From the IMG/VR virus record IMGVR_UViG_3300046722_000334, positions 1 through 51,502 of that record: DNA of 51,502 nt, one strand, 5' to 3'. The notes under the pieces are model-generated. The model saw nothing but the letters and a program-made list of their open reading frames with translations, searched no databases and was not told the DNA's origin. Source of the stretch: a virus (taxonomy: Duplodnaviria > Caudoviricetes). Positions 1 through 8,647 of this stretch are shown in pieces; the stretch's first letter is position 1; each line of letters opens with the position of its first letter. The translations under genes were made by a program, and so were the position numbers.

Positions 1-51
1 AGGAGGAGGAGGAGGAGGAGGAGGAGGAGGAGGAGGAGGAGGAGGTTCTTT
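1..51. repeat. Terminal overlap of circular contig (identical to 51452-51502), mostly an (AGG)n tract
   Basis: First 51 nt, (AGG)15 TTCTTT, equal the last 51 nt; joining them restores an open reading frame. Confidence 0.95.
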
Positions 52-720
52 CTCTTTAGTTCTTTCTGTTCTTTCTTCCTTATATATGCGTGGCTTTTTT
101 GGCTGCGCGCGATTACCGTTTAAGCGGCGCGCGATTACCTCTTCGAGCTCTCGGTAAGCGCGCGCGAGCTCCGCGAGCTCCGCGAGCTCCTCGGGGTTAT
201 CGAGCGCGATTACCTCATAACTCGAAGCCTTTATTTTCCAACGTTTTATGAGTGGTTTTAGGGGATTCCAGGACTCTGGAAACCAGGAAGGTAGTAATCG
301 CGCGCGATTACTACTTTTTTCCTTACCCTCTTGGGGGGTCGCCCACGAATATAACCGAAGTTGGTCCTTTCGTAAAGGCCCCCCCTCCAAAAATCTTCGT
401 TCTGCTAGACCGTATCCTTCGAGTTCTGACAGGCCGCGGGCTACGTTCTGCTTCAGTAACCCCGTTTGCTTGGCGATGTCGCTCTGCGTCAGAGGTCGCA
501 ACTTGCCGCCTATCTTCGTCAGGGCCATCTCCTGCTGGAACCCCATCGTGGCCAGTTCCAGACAGGCGTAGACGCGGCGCGCCTCGTTCGACAGCGAATT
601 GAGCATCATGCGCTCAGCGCGGTCTTTGGTATTGAAGTAATACCTGCCATCCTCAATCACAATCGGCTTCGAGTCCGCTCCTGTGATTCGGAATCCCTTG
701 CTGGCGGCTTTGGGCGTCAT
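1..720 (-). CDS. Replication initiator, lambda O-like wHTH, 5' part (continues across the junction into 51451..51053; ~372 aa in total)
   Basis: Manual translation from ATG 720: MTPKAASKG...LSNEARRVYACLELATMGFQQE...TQSDIAKQTGLLKQNVARGLSELEGYGLAER (wHTH)...IYKEERTERTKEKEPPPP; no stops; ATGA overlap with upstream ORF; internal iterons. Confidence 0.85.
   Translation of the reverse strand, partial: MTPKAASKGFRITGADSKPIVIEDGRYYFNTKDRAERMMLNSLSNEARRVYACLELATMGFQQEMALTKIGGKLRPLTQSDIAKQTGLLKQNVARGLSELEGYGLAERRFLEGGPLRKDQLRLYSWATPQEGKEKSSNRARLLPSWFPESWNPLKPLIKRWKIKASSYEVIALDNPEELAELAELARAYRELEEVIARRLNGNRAQPKKPRIYKEERTERTKEKEPPPPPPPPPPPPPPP
46..314. promoter_or_regulatory. Putative replication origin: iterons plus AT-rich tract inside the initiator gene
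   Basis: GCGCGATTAC copies near 107, 129, 204 and 302; perfect 24-bp palindrome GTAGTAATCGCGCGCGATTACTAC at 291-314; inverted degenerate copies at 153-164 and 195-206; T-rich tract at 46-100. Confidence 0.7.
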
Positions 721-992
721 TCAGTTGCCCCTTTCCTCGCGTAGGCATAATGCGCCTCGGAAGTGTCTCGTCCAAAGAACATGTGCTCGAAGAATTCCGC
801 ACCCGCCTCTTCCATCGAATCGCCAACTGCGATGTAGTTTTTGCAGAAGTTGCAGCGCATAACCCAAACCAACTGGCCATCCTGAGCGCCAGCGAATATT
901 GACGCAAGTGGTGTTTTTGGGACAGATAGAGGCTTTCCGTTGCCCGTCCGGTAGGCCTCGTTGTCGAAGTGAACGCCGCTCCCCATATTCAA
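717..992 (-). CDS. Hypothetical protein (CxxC motif)
   Basis: 91 aa ORF, ATGA-coupled to neighbours on both sides. Confidence 0.7.
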   Translation of the reverse strand: MNMGSGVHFDNEAYRTGNGKPLSVPKTPLASIFAGAQDGQLVWVMRCNFCKNYIAVGDSMEEAGAEFFEHMFFGRDTSEAHYAYARKGATE

Positions 993-1216
993 TTCCTCCC
1001 TATCACGGCGGTGCAGCTTCCCCGCCCGAACACCTCGCCGCCGGCATGCAGCCCGTGGCAGTCCAGCACCACAGTGATGAGGTGCGGGAAAGCCTTCAGG
1101 TCGATCACCGTGACGCGCGTTGCAAATAGTTCTGCCAGGGCCTGGTTCACCAACTCCCGGGCGTATACCTGGATGGCAGCATCCATCCTTCTCGTCTCCC
1201 TCTGTAACTCACGCAT
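989..1216 (-). CDS. Hypothetical protein, first gene of the leftward replication operon
   Basis: 75 aa, AAGGGGGG RBS, coupled to downstream ORF. Confidence 0.7.
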   Translation of the reverse strand: MRELQRETRRMDAAIQVYARELVNQALAELFATRVTVIDLKAFPHLITVVLDCHGLHAGGEVFGRGSCTAVIGRN

Positions 1217-1592
1217 AAAACCCCCCTTAATTTGGGTACTCGGTCAAAAAGTGGATTGCACTACAGGTGGGAATATGGCAGGCTAAAAGCAGCCGTAACC
1301 CTCTCCAGTAGCGCGCCAGCTCATCGCTGCATCATTCCGCCAAAGAACCTGCAGCAGTGAGAAAAAAACGCAAGCTGGGAGGGCCTCTCTCGCGGCTATC
1401 TGGTTGGGCGGCATTCGCTCGGAGGCGGTACAATCCGAGTTTGTCACTCCTCGGAAATCCCTGATCCTGGTACCTATCCCCCCATAAAATCTTTCGATAC
1501 TTGACGCACCGCGCGCTAAGGTAGGACCGGGCCACGGCGATGCTGATGACATTACCGCAGCCCTGACCATTAGCCAGAAAGGATCTCGGGCC

Positions 1593-2534
1593 ATGGCTGC
1601 TATAGAGTCTACTCTCGTCCTGCAACTCGCGCGTGATAAGTTCACTGCCGCTCTGGTCGCTCCGAATACCGAACGCGGCTATCGCTACGACTGGCAGGCC
1701 TTCGAACGGTGGTGTGAAACCGTAAACCGAAGCGCGCTTCCCTGCTCCGCCGAAACTCTGGGGCAGTATGTGGCGCACCGCCTGGAGGAAGGACGCAAAA
1801 CTTCGACCGTCGCGCGCAATGTAGGAGCCATCGTCAACGCTCATCGCTCGCGGAAGTTCAAACCACCAGCCACAGACGAAGCTCGCAGCCTGTTGCGTGG
1901 AGCGCGCCGCCTGCGAGCGGAACACCTCCGCACAGTGCGGCCGTTGTCGCTTGCCGATCTGCGCGCCATAGTAGCACCACCAGACGGAGCCTCCGATCTC
2001 CGGGCCGTCCGTGATCGCACTATCGTGCTGATCGGCTTCGCTTCGAGCCTGCGCACTGCGAATCTCAGCTCGCTGCAATTGAACGACGTCGAATTCTCGG
2101 ACCAGGGGGCCACCCTCCGCATTGGCCGCGAGAAACAAGACCAAGAAGGCAAGGGCCGCTTGATTGGCTTGCCCTATGGGAAACATCCGGAGACGTGCCC
2201 GGTGGGCGCCCTGCGCTCTTGGATTGCGCAGCGCGGGCAATTTCCCGGGCCGTTGTTCATCCGGCTTTGCAACAATCAGCCAATCGAAAAGCCGATGCAG
2301 CCGGAGAGAATCGGCCAGATCGTGCAGCAGTGCGTGGCGCGGATTGGTTTGAACTGGCGGGAATACGGGGGGCACAGCCTGCGCGCTGGCTTTGTCACTG
2401 CGGCGGGCGAGGCAGGCATCGGTGAGTTGCTGATCGCGGCGCAGACCGGACACCATGACATGGCGACCTTGCGGCGGTACTTTCGCAGAACGGACGTCTT
2501 CCGGGCGAACGCCTGCGGACTCTTGGATCTTTAG
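1593..2534 (+). CDS. Tyrosine recombinase/integrase (Cre-like)
   Basis: N-terminal NTERGYRYDW; catalytic signature RDRTIVLIGFASSLR, KQDQ, GHSLRAG, QTGH, LRRY. Confidence 0.95.
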   Translation: MAAIESTLVLQLARDKFTAALVAPNTERGYRYDWQAFERWCETVNRSALPCSAETLGQYVAHRLEEGRKTSTVARNVGAIVNAHRSRKFKPPATDEARSLLRGARRLRAEHLRTVRPLSLADLRAIVAPPDGASDLRAVRDRTIVLIGFASSLRTANLSSLQLNDVEFSDQGATLRIGREKQDQEGKGRLIGLPYGKHPETCPVGALRSWIAQRGQFPGPLFIRLCNNQPIEKPMQPERIGQIVQQCVARIGLNWREYGGHSLRAGFVTAAGEAGIGELLIAAQTGHHDMATLRRYFRRTDVFRANACGLLDL

Positions 2535-2559
2535 AACGGTTCGGGGTGTAGAAGGTTCC

Positions 2560-2667
2560 AACACAAAGCCCACCGAAACAAGCTTGAGGAGCCTCCACGT
2601 TTCGGCGATGGAAGCTCCACCAAAGCTGAGCTACTACTCGGTAAGGCTGGCCGGCCTCACCGAGCAA
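2560..2667 (-). ncRNA. Candidate structured small RNA convergent with the recombinase gene
   Basis: TTGAAA-18bp-(TGc)CATGAT promoter at 2701-2672; 12-bp hairpin GCTCGGTGAGGC/GCCTTACCGAGT; second stem GGAGCTTCCA/TGGAGGCTCC; G-U pairs favour the minus strand. Confidence 0.35.
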
Positions 2668-2763
2668 GAAGATCATGGCACAACCCGCGCCAGAATTTCA
2701 AGAGGTCCGGTACAAATCATGTGTCAATTACCGTACGCTCTTTTAGCGATAATCGCAATGGGC

Positions 2764-3075
2764 CTAGGCCGCTTCTTCGCGCAATGCCGTACAGAAGGGA
2801 CTCTCGCAAGGGCAATTCATGGGATGGAGTCCTGGTAAGCAGCCGATCCTCTGCAAACTCATCGGATGCTGGAGAATCCAGCAGCTCACCTCGCCCCGAT
2901 TCGCCACCTGCAGCAATTGGCACATTGCCGTGACGGCGGCCGAGACGGTTCCCTTCTCCAGCCCGAACGCCCAAGCGATCTGTTTATCGGTCTCGCCGCG
3001 GCATAACAGCCGGGCGACAGTGACCTGGCGGGCGGTTAACAACACGTTCGGGAGTGCCGTCATCCGGCTCCCCAT
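2764..3075 (-). CDS. LuxR/GerE-family HTH regulator with C-terminal H/C cluster
   Basis: LTARQVTVARLLCRGETDKQIAWAFGLEKGTV. Confidence 0.85.
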   Translation of the reverse strand: MGSRMTALPNVLLTARQVTVARLLCRGETDKQIAWAFGLEKGTVSAAVTAMCQLLQVANRGEVSCWILQHPMSLQRIGCLPGLHPMNCPCESPFCTALREEAA

Positions 3076-3200
3076 AAAGCATCTCCGCCCTGGTGCAGGG
3101 GCCCCAAATGCGAGTCCGGTGAACGGGCTCCATAGTACATTAACCCTATCAGAATTACGGGTATGAATCTATTGAGCAAAGTTGCACACTAGGGCCAGCG

Positions 3201-3623
3201 ATGTCATCTCCCCAAGTAGCGGCCCCCACGCGGGCCGCGAAAATCGATGAATTTGGTGAGCTCGACCGGCAACTTTCCCTCCTCGAACCCCGTTATAAAG
3301 TCCTCGCCGCCGAGATCCGCTCCTGGTCTACCGATCAGCCGGCGGCCGAGGCGGTATCCTTCACCGGCAAATCGTACACCGTCCAGCTCACCGCGTGCGC
3401 GAAAAAGCGCTCCATCTTCGACACTTTCAAGGCCTTACAGTTCCTCAAGCGCGCCGTCAAAGAGGCGGGCGAAGAGCTGCACCAGGTAGTCACGATACCT
3501 TTCGGCGTCCTGGACAAATACGTCCCCGAAGCCCTGCACGCTCAATGTGTTAGCGAGGAGCGCACGGGCGCGCGCCTGATCACTGCGGTCCCTTTGGCTC
3601 CCCCAGCCAAGAAGCCCGCATAG
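3201..3623 (+). CDS. Hypothetical protein
   Basis: 140 aa with genome-typical codon usage. Confidence 0.75.
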   Translation: MSSPQVAAPTRAAKIDEFGELDRQLSLLEPRYKVLAAEIRSWSTDQPAAEAVSFTGKSYTVQLTACAKKRSIFDTFKALQFLKRAVKEAGEELHQVVTIPFGVLDKYVPEALHAQCVSEERTGARLITAVPLAPPAKKPA

Positions 3624-3683
3624 CTCGGCAGGGCGAGGATAATTTCCCTGGAGGCATTTACGCCAAAAGTTCATCGGGTCTTA

Positions 3684-3995
3684 GTGTGTGTGTGCGAGAA
3701 CGGGATCACGCATGCCGTCGATATCGTGGACCAGGCCCGGGCCCAGCGGCTCTCCCTGGCGCCCAATGTCCGCATCGTCCGGCGACGGAAAGACAAGCGG
3801 ATCATGGAAGTCCACATCCTGAGCTTCGGAGACGACTCGAAGCAGGCCGGCAAGCGCGGAAATCCGCTCAGCTATTCCAATTTCGTAAGGCAGGAAACCG
3901 AGTACGAGCCAACCGGCATGTGGGCCTTGAAGCATCTGGCGAATGAGACGGCACCGTTATTCGATGAAGTGGTAAGGAGTTGTATCCCAGCATGA
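3684..3995 (+). CDS. Hypothetical protein (start uncertain)
   Basis: Stop overlaps the next ATG (ATGA). Confidence 0.6.
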   Translation: MCVCENGITHAVDIVDQARAQRLSLAPNVRIVRRRKDKRIMEVHILSFGDDSKQAGKRGNPLSYSNFVRQETEYEPTGMWALKHLANETAPLFDEVVRSCIPA

Positions 3996-4234
3996 ACTAT
4001 AAATGGCAAGCCTTCCTGGCGGCGCTTCAGATCGTAGCTGTCGCCAACACCAACCCGCAGAAAGCCGCTGCAATCGTCTCGCTGGCGATCGAGAACACGG
4101 ATGCCATCGGCTGGAGCGTGCGCGGGTACGCCAAGCCAGCCAGCGACATGGCCCTGGATTTCGTGAACTTCCAACTGGGCCGCACTCCGGCACCAGAGTG
4201 GTGGGCACATTCCGCTACGCAGCCCGAAGGGTAA
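3992..4234 (+). CDS. Hypothetical protein
   Basis: MNYKWQAFLAAL...; AAGGAG RBS; coupled start. Confidence 0.7.
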   Translation: MNYKWQAFLAALQIVAVANTNPQKAAAIVSLAIENTDAIGWSVRGYAKPASDMALDFVNFQLGRTPAPEWWAHSATQPEG

Positions 4235-4237
4235 TCG

Positions 4238-4618
4238 TTGAACACTCCCGCTCTCCTCGTTGCGGCTGTTGTGGCGGCCCTCGCCTTCGTCTCCGTGCCC
4301 TTGCTGACTTCCCAGCCCTCATCGGGCGAGCGGTTAGCTATCGTGCAAAACCGCCAGAAGATCAACGAGGATCGCATCCTGGATCTGGAGCACCGCATCA
4401 CGTTCATGGAGCAGGCGCAGAAGCCTCAGGATATCGCCATGGCCACCTTAGCAGTGCGAATCGAAGATTTGAGCAAGGTCAACGGCTGGATCGTATACCT
4501 GTTGAGCGGCATGTTTGCCCTCGTAATCGGCAAAGGCGGTTGGGACGTCATCAACGCCAATCGGATCGGCGTCAGAGCGGACCGATTACAGGCAGCGGTG
4601 GACAAACAAGCCAAATAG
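4238..4618 (+). CDS. Membrane protein (TM/coiled-coil/TM), possible holin-like
   Basis: Hydrophobic N-terminus, coiled coil, second TM WIVYLLSGMFALVIG. Confidence 0.65.
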   Translation: MNTPALLVAAVVAALAFVSVPLLTSQPSSGERLAIVQNRQKINEDRILDLEHRITFMEQAQKPQDIAMATLAVRIEDLSKVNGWIVYLLSGMFALVIGKGGWDVINANRIGVRADRLQAAVDKQAK

Positions 4619-4645
4619 GATGGTTCGAAAACCAGTGGGCGTCTC

Positions 4646-4876
4646 ATGTTCGAAGAAGTCCTGTGCCCCAAGTTGTATCCGCCGTTGCGGATTCCTCACG
4701 CGGTCTACATCGGTGAGGCGTCCATAGCCGACGTGCTGTTTGAGCAGTTGGAATTCCTGACGTCCCATCGAGCGGCCCACCGGGATGTCGAGTGCTCTCC
4801 CGCTTGTGAGGATTGCTTGCGCCTGCAGATGGTTCGGAACTGGTTACTTCTGCCCTTCCGTGAATCCACGCATTAG
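4646..4876 (+). CDS. Small Cys/His protein
   Basis: 76 aa with H..H...CSPACEDC. Confidence 0.65.
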   Translation: MFEEVLCPKLYPPLRIPHAVYIGEASIADVLFEQLEFLTSHRAAHRDVECSPACEDCLRLQMVRNWLLLPFRESTH

Positions 4877-5229
4877 CCGGCCGGCGTGTTGGCGGCGATG
4901 GCGGCGGCCAGGTCGTCATCGCTGGCTTTGACTGCGGTGTTCAGATCGTTGAGCGACTTTAACTGAGCGGGCGTCGCCCCGGCGGCCTGGGCTGCCGCGA
5001 TCGCTGCCGCCAGTTGGGCGGAAAAGCCGTTGATCATGGTAACGGCCGAGCCGGTCACGGTGGTGTTGGCCGTAACCTGGGCGGTCAAGGCGGTTATGGA
5101 ATCGTCCATCTGTGACATTTCTAAAGTCTCCTTGTTGAGAAGCGATTCGATCCGGTCGAGTTGAGCCTGCCTCCCGGGTGGTTCGTCGGTCACGAGGATC
5201 ACGCCGTCAGGCTGGATGGTCAACTGCAT
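4873..5229 (-). CDS. Ala-rich coiled-coil protein (antisense moron)
   Basis: 118 aa, convergent stop overlap, TAGAAT -10 box just upstream. Confidence 0.75.
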   Translation of the reverse strand: MQLTIQPDGVILVTDEPPGRQAQLDRIESLLNKETLEMSQMDDSITALTAQVTANTTVTGSAVTMINGFSAQLAAAIAAAQAAGATPAQLKSLNDLNTAVKASDDDLAAAIAANTPAG

Positions 5230-5267
5230 TTCCAGGCTTCATTCTACGCGCTTTGAAAGGTGAAAAT

Positions 5268-5474
5268 ATGTTCCCTGCGATACTGCTTGAAGTTCTGCTG
5301 GTGCTCCTGGTAGTGGGCGTGATTCTCTGGGGATTGTCGCAATTCCCGATCGACGCCACAATCGCGCGCCTGATCCGCGTCGTGGTGATCGTGCTGGTGG
5401 CGATCTGGCTGATCTACCTGCTCTTCGGCCTGCTGGGCGGCGCGGCTCCGCTGACGTATCGCCCGCTGAGATAG
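5268..5474 (+). CDS. Small two-TM membrane protein, holin candidate
   Basis: MFPAILLEVLLVLLVVGVILWGL...VVVIVLVAIWLIYLLFG; AAGGTG RBS. Confidence 0.8.
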   Translation: MFPAILLEVLLVLLVVGVILWGLSQFPIDATIARLIRVVVIVLVAIWLIYLLFGLLGGAAPLTYRPLR

Positions 5475-5491
5475 GAAAGGAAATTCATGAA

Positions 5492-5638
5492 ATGGACACC
5501 CTCACCATAGCGCTCGGCGCCATCAAAGCCTACTTTGAATTTCTGTCCACCCCCGAGGGCCAGAAATTCGCCGCCGATGGGCGCACTCTGATTTGGGATC
5601 CGCTCGCGGCCCTAGTTCCGAAGCAGCCGCTGAAGTGA
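5492..5638 (+). CDS. 48-aa hypothetical protein (not in ORF track)
   Basis: MDTLTIALGAIKAYFEFLSTPEGQKFAADG...; GTGA overlap with next gene. Confidence 0.6.
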   Translation: MDTLTIALGAIKAYFEFLSTPEGQKFAADGRTLIWDPLAALVPKQPLK

Positions 5639-5994
5639 ACCTCCAGCAAGCAGCCCGCTATCAAGGCGAGCTCCGGACCTGCTGCCGGTGCGGTATAGAA
5701 TTCCTGTCCGACCGCAGCACGAAAAGAGTCTGCGGCACTTGCAAACGCCCCGCCGTGCGGCCGTACTGCCCGGTAGCCTCGCTACTCGGCAAGCCGCTCT
5801 CACCGCGCGAACGGCAGATCGGCAAACTGCTAGTCGAAGGCCTGCCCAACAAAGAAATCGCCTGGTGCCTCAAATTGAGCATAGGAACTATCAAGGTGTA
5901 CTCGTCGGCGCTGTTCGGCAAGCTGGGATCGCGCAACCGCATGCACGCCGCTGTTATGTTGGCGACTACGGCGGCCGATCGGCTTCTCGTTTGA
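5635..5994 (+). CDS. Zn-ribbon plus LuxR HTH regulator
   Basis: CCRC..CGTC, then LSPRERQIGKLLVEGLPNKEIAWCLKLSIGTIKVY. Confidence 0.85.
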   Translation: MNLQQAARYQGELRTCCRCGIEFLSDRSTKRVCGTCKRPAVRPYCPVASLLGKPLSPRERQIGKLLVEGLPNKEIAWCLKLSIGTIKVYSSALFGKLGSRNRMHAAVMLATTAADRLLV

Positions 5995-6072
5995 GACTCA
6001 CGCCATGTTTGGAACCTCAGAGCCGACCCTCGACGCCGATGACGAACCAGAGGTATACGAAATCTTTTTCGC

Positions 6073-6537
6073 ATGGGACGACTGCGGCCTTTCGGGCCTA
6101 AAACAAGAGCCTTCCTCGCGGCAATCCGCCAGGTTCCCTCAATCACCCGCGCGGCGAAGGCGGCCGGGATCAGCCGGGAGCTCCATCCCCACCGGCTGAA
6201 ACAGCAGTACTCCGACGATCCGGAGAAAAGAGCCTACGCGCTGCGCTATAAGGCGGCCTTTGAAGAGGCCTGGGAAGTTGGCTGCAACTCGCTCGAATCG
6301 ACGGCCATCGAGCGCTGCATGTTGGGCGTGGACGAGCCGGTGTTTTATCAAGGCGAAGAATGCGGATACGTGACCCGCTACTATCACACCGAATTTCTAC
6401 TGCGCGGGGCCAAGCCCGAAAAGTACCGGGAACGCATCGAGCACAAAGTAGAGCCCGGCGAAGGGATGAAGAAATTTGCAGGGACCATGGAAGAGCTGCT
6501 GGGCGTGTACCGGGAATTGACGCAGGCGAGTGAATGA
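6073..6537 (+). CDS. terS: Terminase small subunit
   Basis: HTH AFLAAIRQVPSITRAAKAAGIS; GVDEPVFYQG; LLRGAKPEKYRER; overlaps terL start. Confidence 0.85.
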   Translation: MGRLRPFGPKTRAFLAAIRQVPSITRAAKAAGISRELHPHRLKQQYSDDPEKRAYALRYKAAFEEAWEVGCNSLESTAIERCMLGVDEPVFYQGEECGYVTRYYHTEFLLRGAKPEKYRERIEHKVEPGEGMKKFAGTMEELLGVYRELTQASE

Positions 6538-8252
6538 CCGCAACCCTGTCGCCCGCCGAAGCCGCCGCGTTGATCCGGGGATTCTCGGATCACAGCAAAT
6601 TCTGCGAGCACCTGACCATCCGGAACAAGGAAGGCGTTGCGGTTCCCTACCGGACCTCGCCCGCGGGTCTCAAGCTCAACCGCGCGATCCGGAAGCAGGA
6701 ACAGGCCGGCCAGCCGGTGCGCATCGCCATGCTGAAGGCCTCCCAGGTCTTCGCCTCGAGCGCCGTCGCTACTGAGATTTTCCGCCGTGTCCCGTTTTTC
6801 CCGGGCCGCCGCGCCCTGGTGCTCGCGGACACGGACCAGCATGCAGGCCTCGTTTTCGAGTATTACCAGCAGTACATTCGCAGCTATGAAGACAACCCCT
6901 ACGGCTCGGAGTTCGACTCGGCCGTCAAGCTCCCCGAGCTGGTGAAGGACACAGACCGGCATATCCGATGGGGCAACGATTCCTCGATCCTGGTAGGGAC
7001 CGCGAACAATGTGGAAGTGGGCAGAAGCGCCCCGTACAACTGGGTGCAGCTCTCCGAAGCGGCCTTCTACCGGGACATGGGAACGCTCATGACCGGCCTG
7101 ATGCAGCGCGTCCCGAATTCCCCCGATTCGGGCGTCATCGTAGAATCGACCGCCAACGGCATGGGGGGCGACTTTTACGACCTCTGCCAGCGCGCCATGA
7201 ACCCGCGGCAGGCGAGCGGCTGGGCCTTCGTCTTCTTTGCGTATTGGGAGCATCCGGAATACCGGTTAACGCCGGAGCCCGGCTTCAAAATCACGGCGGA
7301 AGAGCTGGGGGAGTTGCAGAAGTACAACCTCCGCCTCGATCAAATCGCCTGGAGACGCCGGCAGATCGAGACGGCCTGTGAAGGCAAGATCGAACGCTTC
7401 CGGCAGGAGTTCCCCGGCAACGCGCAGGAGGCATTCCAGGCGTCCGGTCGGACTATCTTCGACCTGGCGGCCATCGCCCGCATGCCGGTAGTGGACGACG
7501 CCCCCAGGGGCAAACTCGAAGTGGTCGAAGTAGGAATCGAGAAGCGGGTACAGTTCGTTCAAGGACTCGACGGACGCGGAGAAGTTGTCATTTACAAGAT
7601 GCCGCGCAAGGGAGGCCGCTACATAATCGGCGCGGACCATGCCGAGGGGATCGACCCCAACGCGAAGATGGGCTCTTCGGACCCCGATTATTCTTCCGCC
7701 ACTGTGATAGACGCGGATACCGGCGAAGAGGTCGCGAAGCTCAAAGAGCGCTACGAGCCGCATCCGTGGGCCACGCGGCTCTACTGGCTTGGCAAGTTTT
7801 ACAACTGGGCCTTCATTTGCCCGGAGCAGAAGGCGGTAGGGAAAGCGGTAATCGGGCATCTGCTTACCCTTCAGTATCCGCTGGAACTGATCTACTCAAA
7901 GCAGCGCGACCCGAGCGACCGCAGAAGCCCCATGCTCCAGGAACTCGGCTTCGACACCAACACCGTGTTTCGGCCGGTGCTGATCTCCGGACTAGACCAG
8001 GCGCTCCGCGAAAGCTCGATCCGCCTCCACGACCCGGAGACGATTGCGCAGTTGCGGCAATTCGTGCGGAAGCCGAACGGCCGGGAAGAGGGCATCAGCC
8101 ACGATGACGATGTGTTCGGCTTGGCCCTGTGCGTCGAAGGCCTCCCGTACGCGCGCAAGGCATTCCTCTACCGGGAAGCGCAGGACAAGCAGACCAGCAC
8201 CTGGAAACCGCAGCGGTACGGACAGCAAGCGAGAGATGACGATGACGACTGA
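6534..8252 (+). CDS. terL: Terminase large subunit
   Basis: Variant Walker A LKASQ, Walker B VQLSEAAF, ESTANG, RNase H-like IIGAD...DYSS...HDDDV. Confidence 0.95.
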   Translation: MTATLSPAEAAALIRGFSDHSKFCEHLTIRNKEGVAVPYRTSPAGLKLNRAIRKQEQAGQPVRIAMLKASQVFASSAVATEIFRRVPFFPGRRALVLADTDQHAGLVFEYYQQYIRSYEDNPYGSEFDSAVKLPELVKDTDRHIRWGNDSSILVGTANNVEVGRSAPYNWVQLSEAAFYRDMGTLMTGLMQRVPNSPDSGVIVESTANGMGGDFYDLCQRAMNPRQASGWAFVFFAYWEHPEYRLTPEPGFKITAEELGELQKYNLRLDQIAWRRRQIETACEGKIERFRQEFPGNAQEAFQASGRTIFDLAAIARMPVVDDAPRGKLEVVEVGIEKRVQFVQGLDGRGEVVIYKMPRKGGRYIIGADHAEGIDPNAKMGSSDPDYSSATVIDADTGEEVAKLKERYEPHPWATRLYWLGKFYNWAFICPEQKAVGKAVIGHLLTLQYPLELIYSKQRDPSDRRSPMLQELGFDTNTVFRPVLISGLDQALRESSIRLHDPETIAQLRQFVRKPNGREEGISHDDDVFGLALCVEGLPYARKAFLYREAQDKQTSTWKPQRYGQQARDDDDD

Positions 8253-8472
8253 ACTAGTGAGCAGACCCTACCAGCCGGATCCGGCGCAGTGCTGCGAGGC
8301 TTGCGTATTCGGAATGGGGCACCACGCGAAATGGTGCGAACACGCCTGGTGTTTCTGCGGACGCGAACGGACGAAATTGCAGGGCGTGATGGACGGATCC
8401 ACGGGACAGTTGCACTACGAGATGCGCTGTCCTGTCCATTTCTTCCTCTCCTATGAAGCGGCGCATGCCTAA
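8242..8472 (+). CDS. Cys-rich small protein, paralog 1
   Basis: QPDPAQCCEACVFGMGHHAKWC. Confidence 0.7.
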   Translation: MTTELVSRPYQPDPAQCCEACVFGMGHHAKWCEHAWCFCGRERTKLQGVMDGSTGQLHYEMRCPVHFFLSYEAAHA

Positions 8473-8647
8473 ATCCTTCCAGATCCAGCCGGACCCGCAG
8501 CAGTGCTGCGATGCCTGTGTCTTCAAGAGCGGGAAGCATGCCGACTGGTGCCCCGTTGCGGAAGCATGGCGGCAATACTACGCGCCCATCGAAGCAGCGG
8601 GAGGCATGTCTTATCAATACAACCCGCTCAACGGACTTCCAAAATAG
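8465..8647 (+). CDS. Cys-rich small protein, paralog 2, beginning with a copy of the portal N-terminus
   Basis: MPKSFQI-QPDPQQCCDACVFKSGKHADWC. Confidence 0.7.
   Translation: MPKSFQIQPDPQQCCDACVFKSGKHADWCPVAEAWRQYYAPIEAAGGMSYQYNPLNGLPK

Noticed and set aside
1-51. Biological direct terminal repeat
   Set aside because: The 51-bp overlap in mid-gene is best explained as an assembler k-mer overlap of a circular contig
1332-2573. 413-aa minus-strand ORF and similar long shadow ORFs (e.g. 14149-15099, 24431-25249, 30376-31281, 31632-32594)
   Set aside because: Antisense shadows of well-supported genes in GC-rich DNA, with no motifs
2612-2640. tRNA gene (GTAGCTCAGCTTTGGTGGAGC resembles a D-arm on the minus strand)
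   Set aside because: No T-arm or acceptor stem follows
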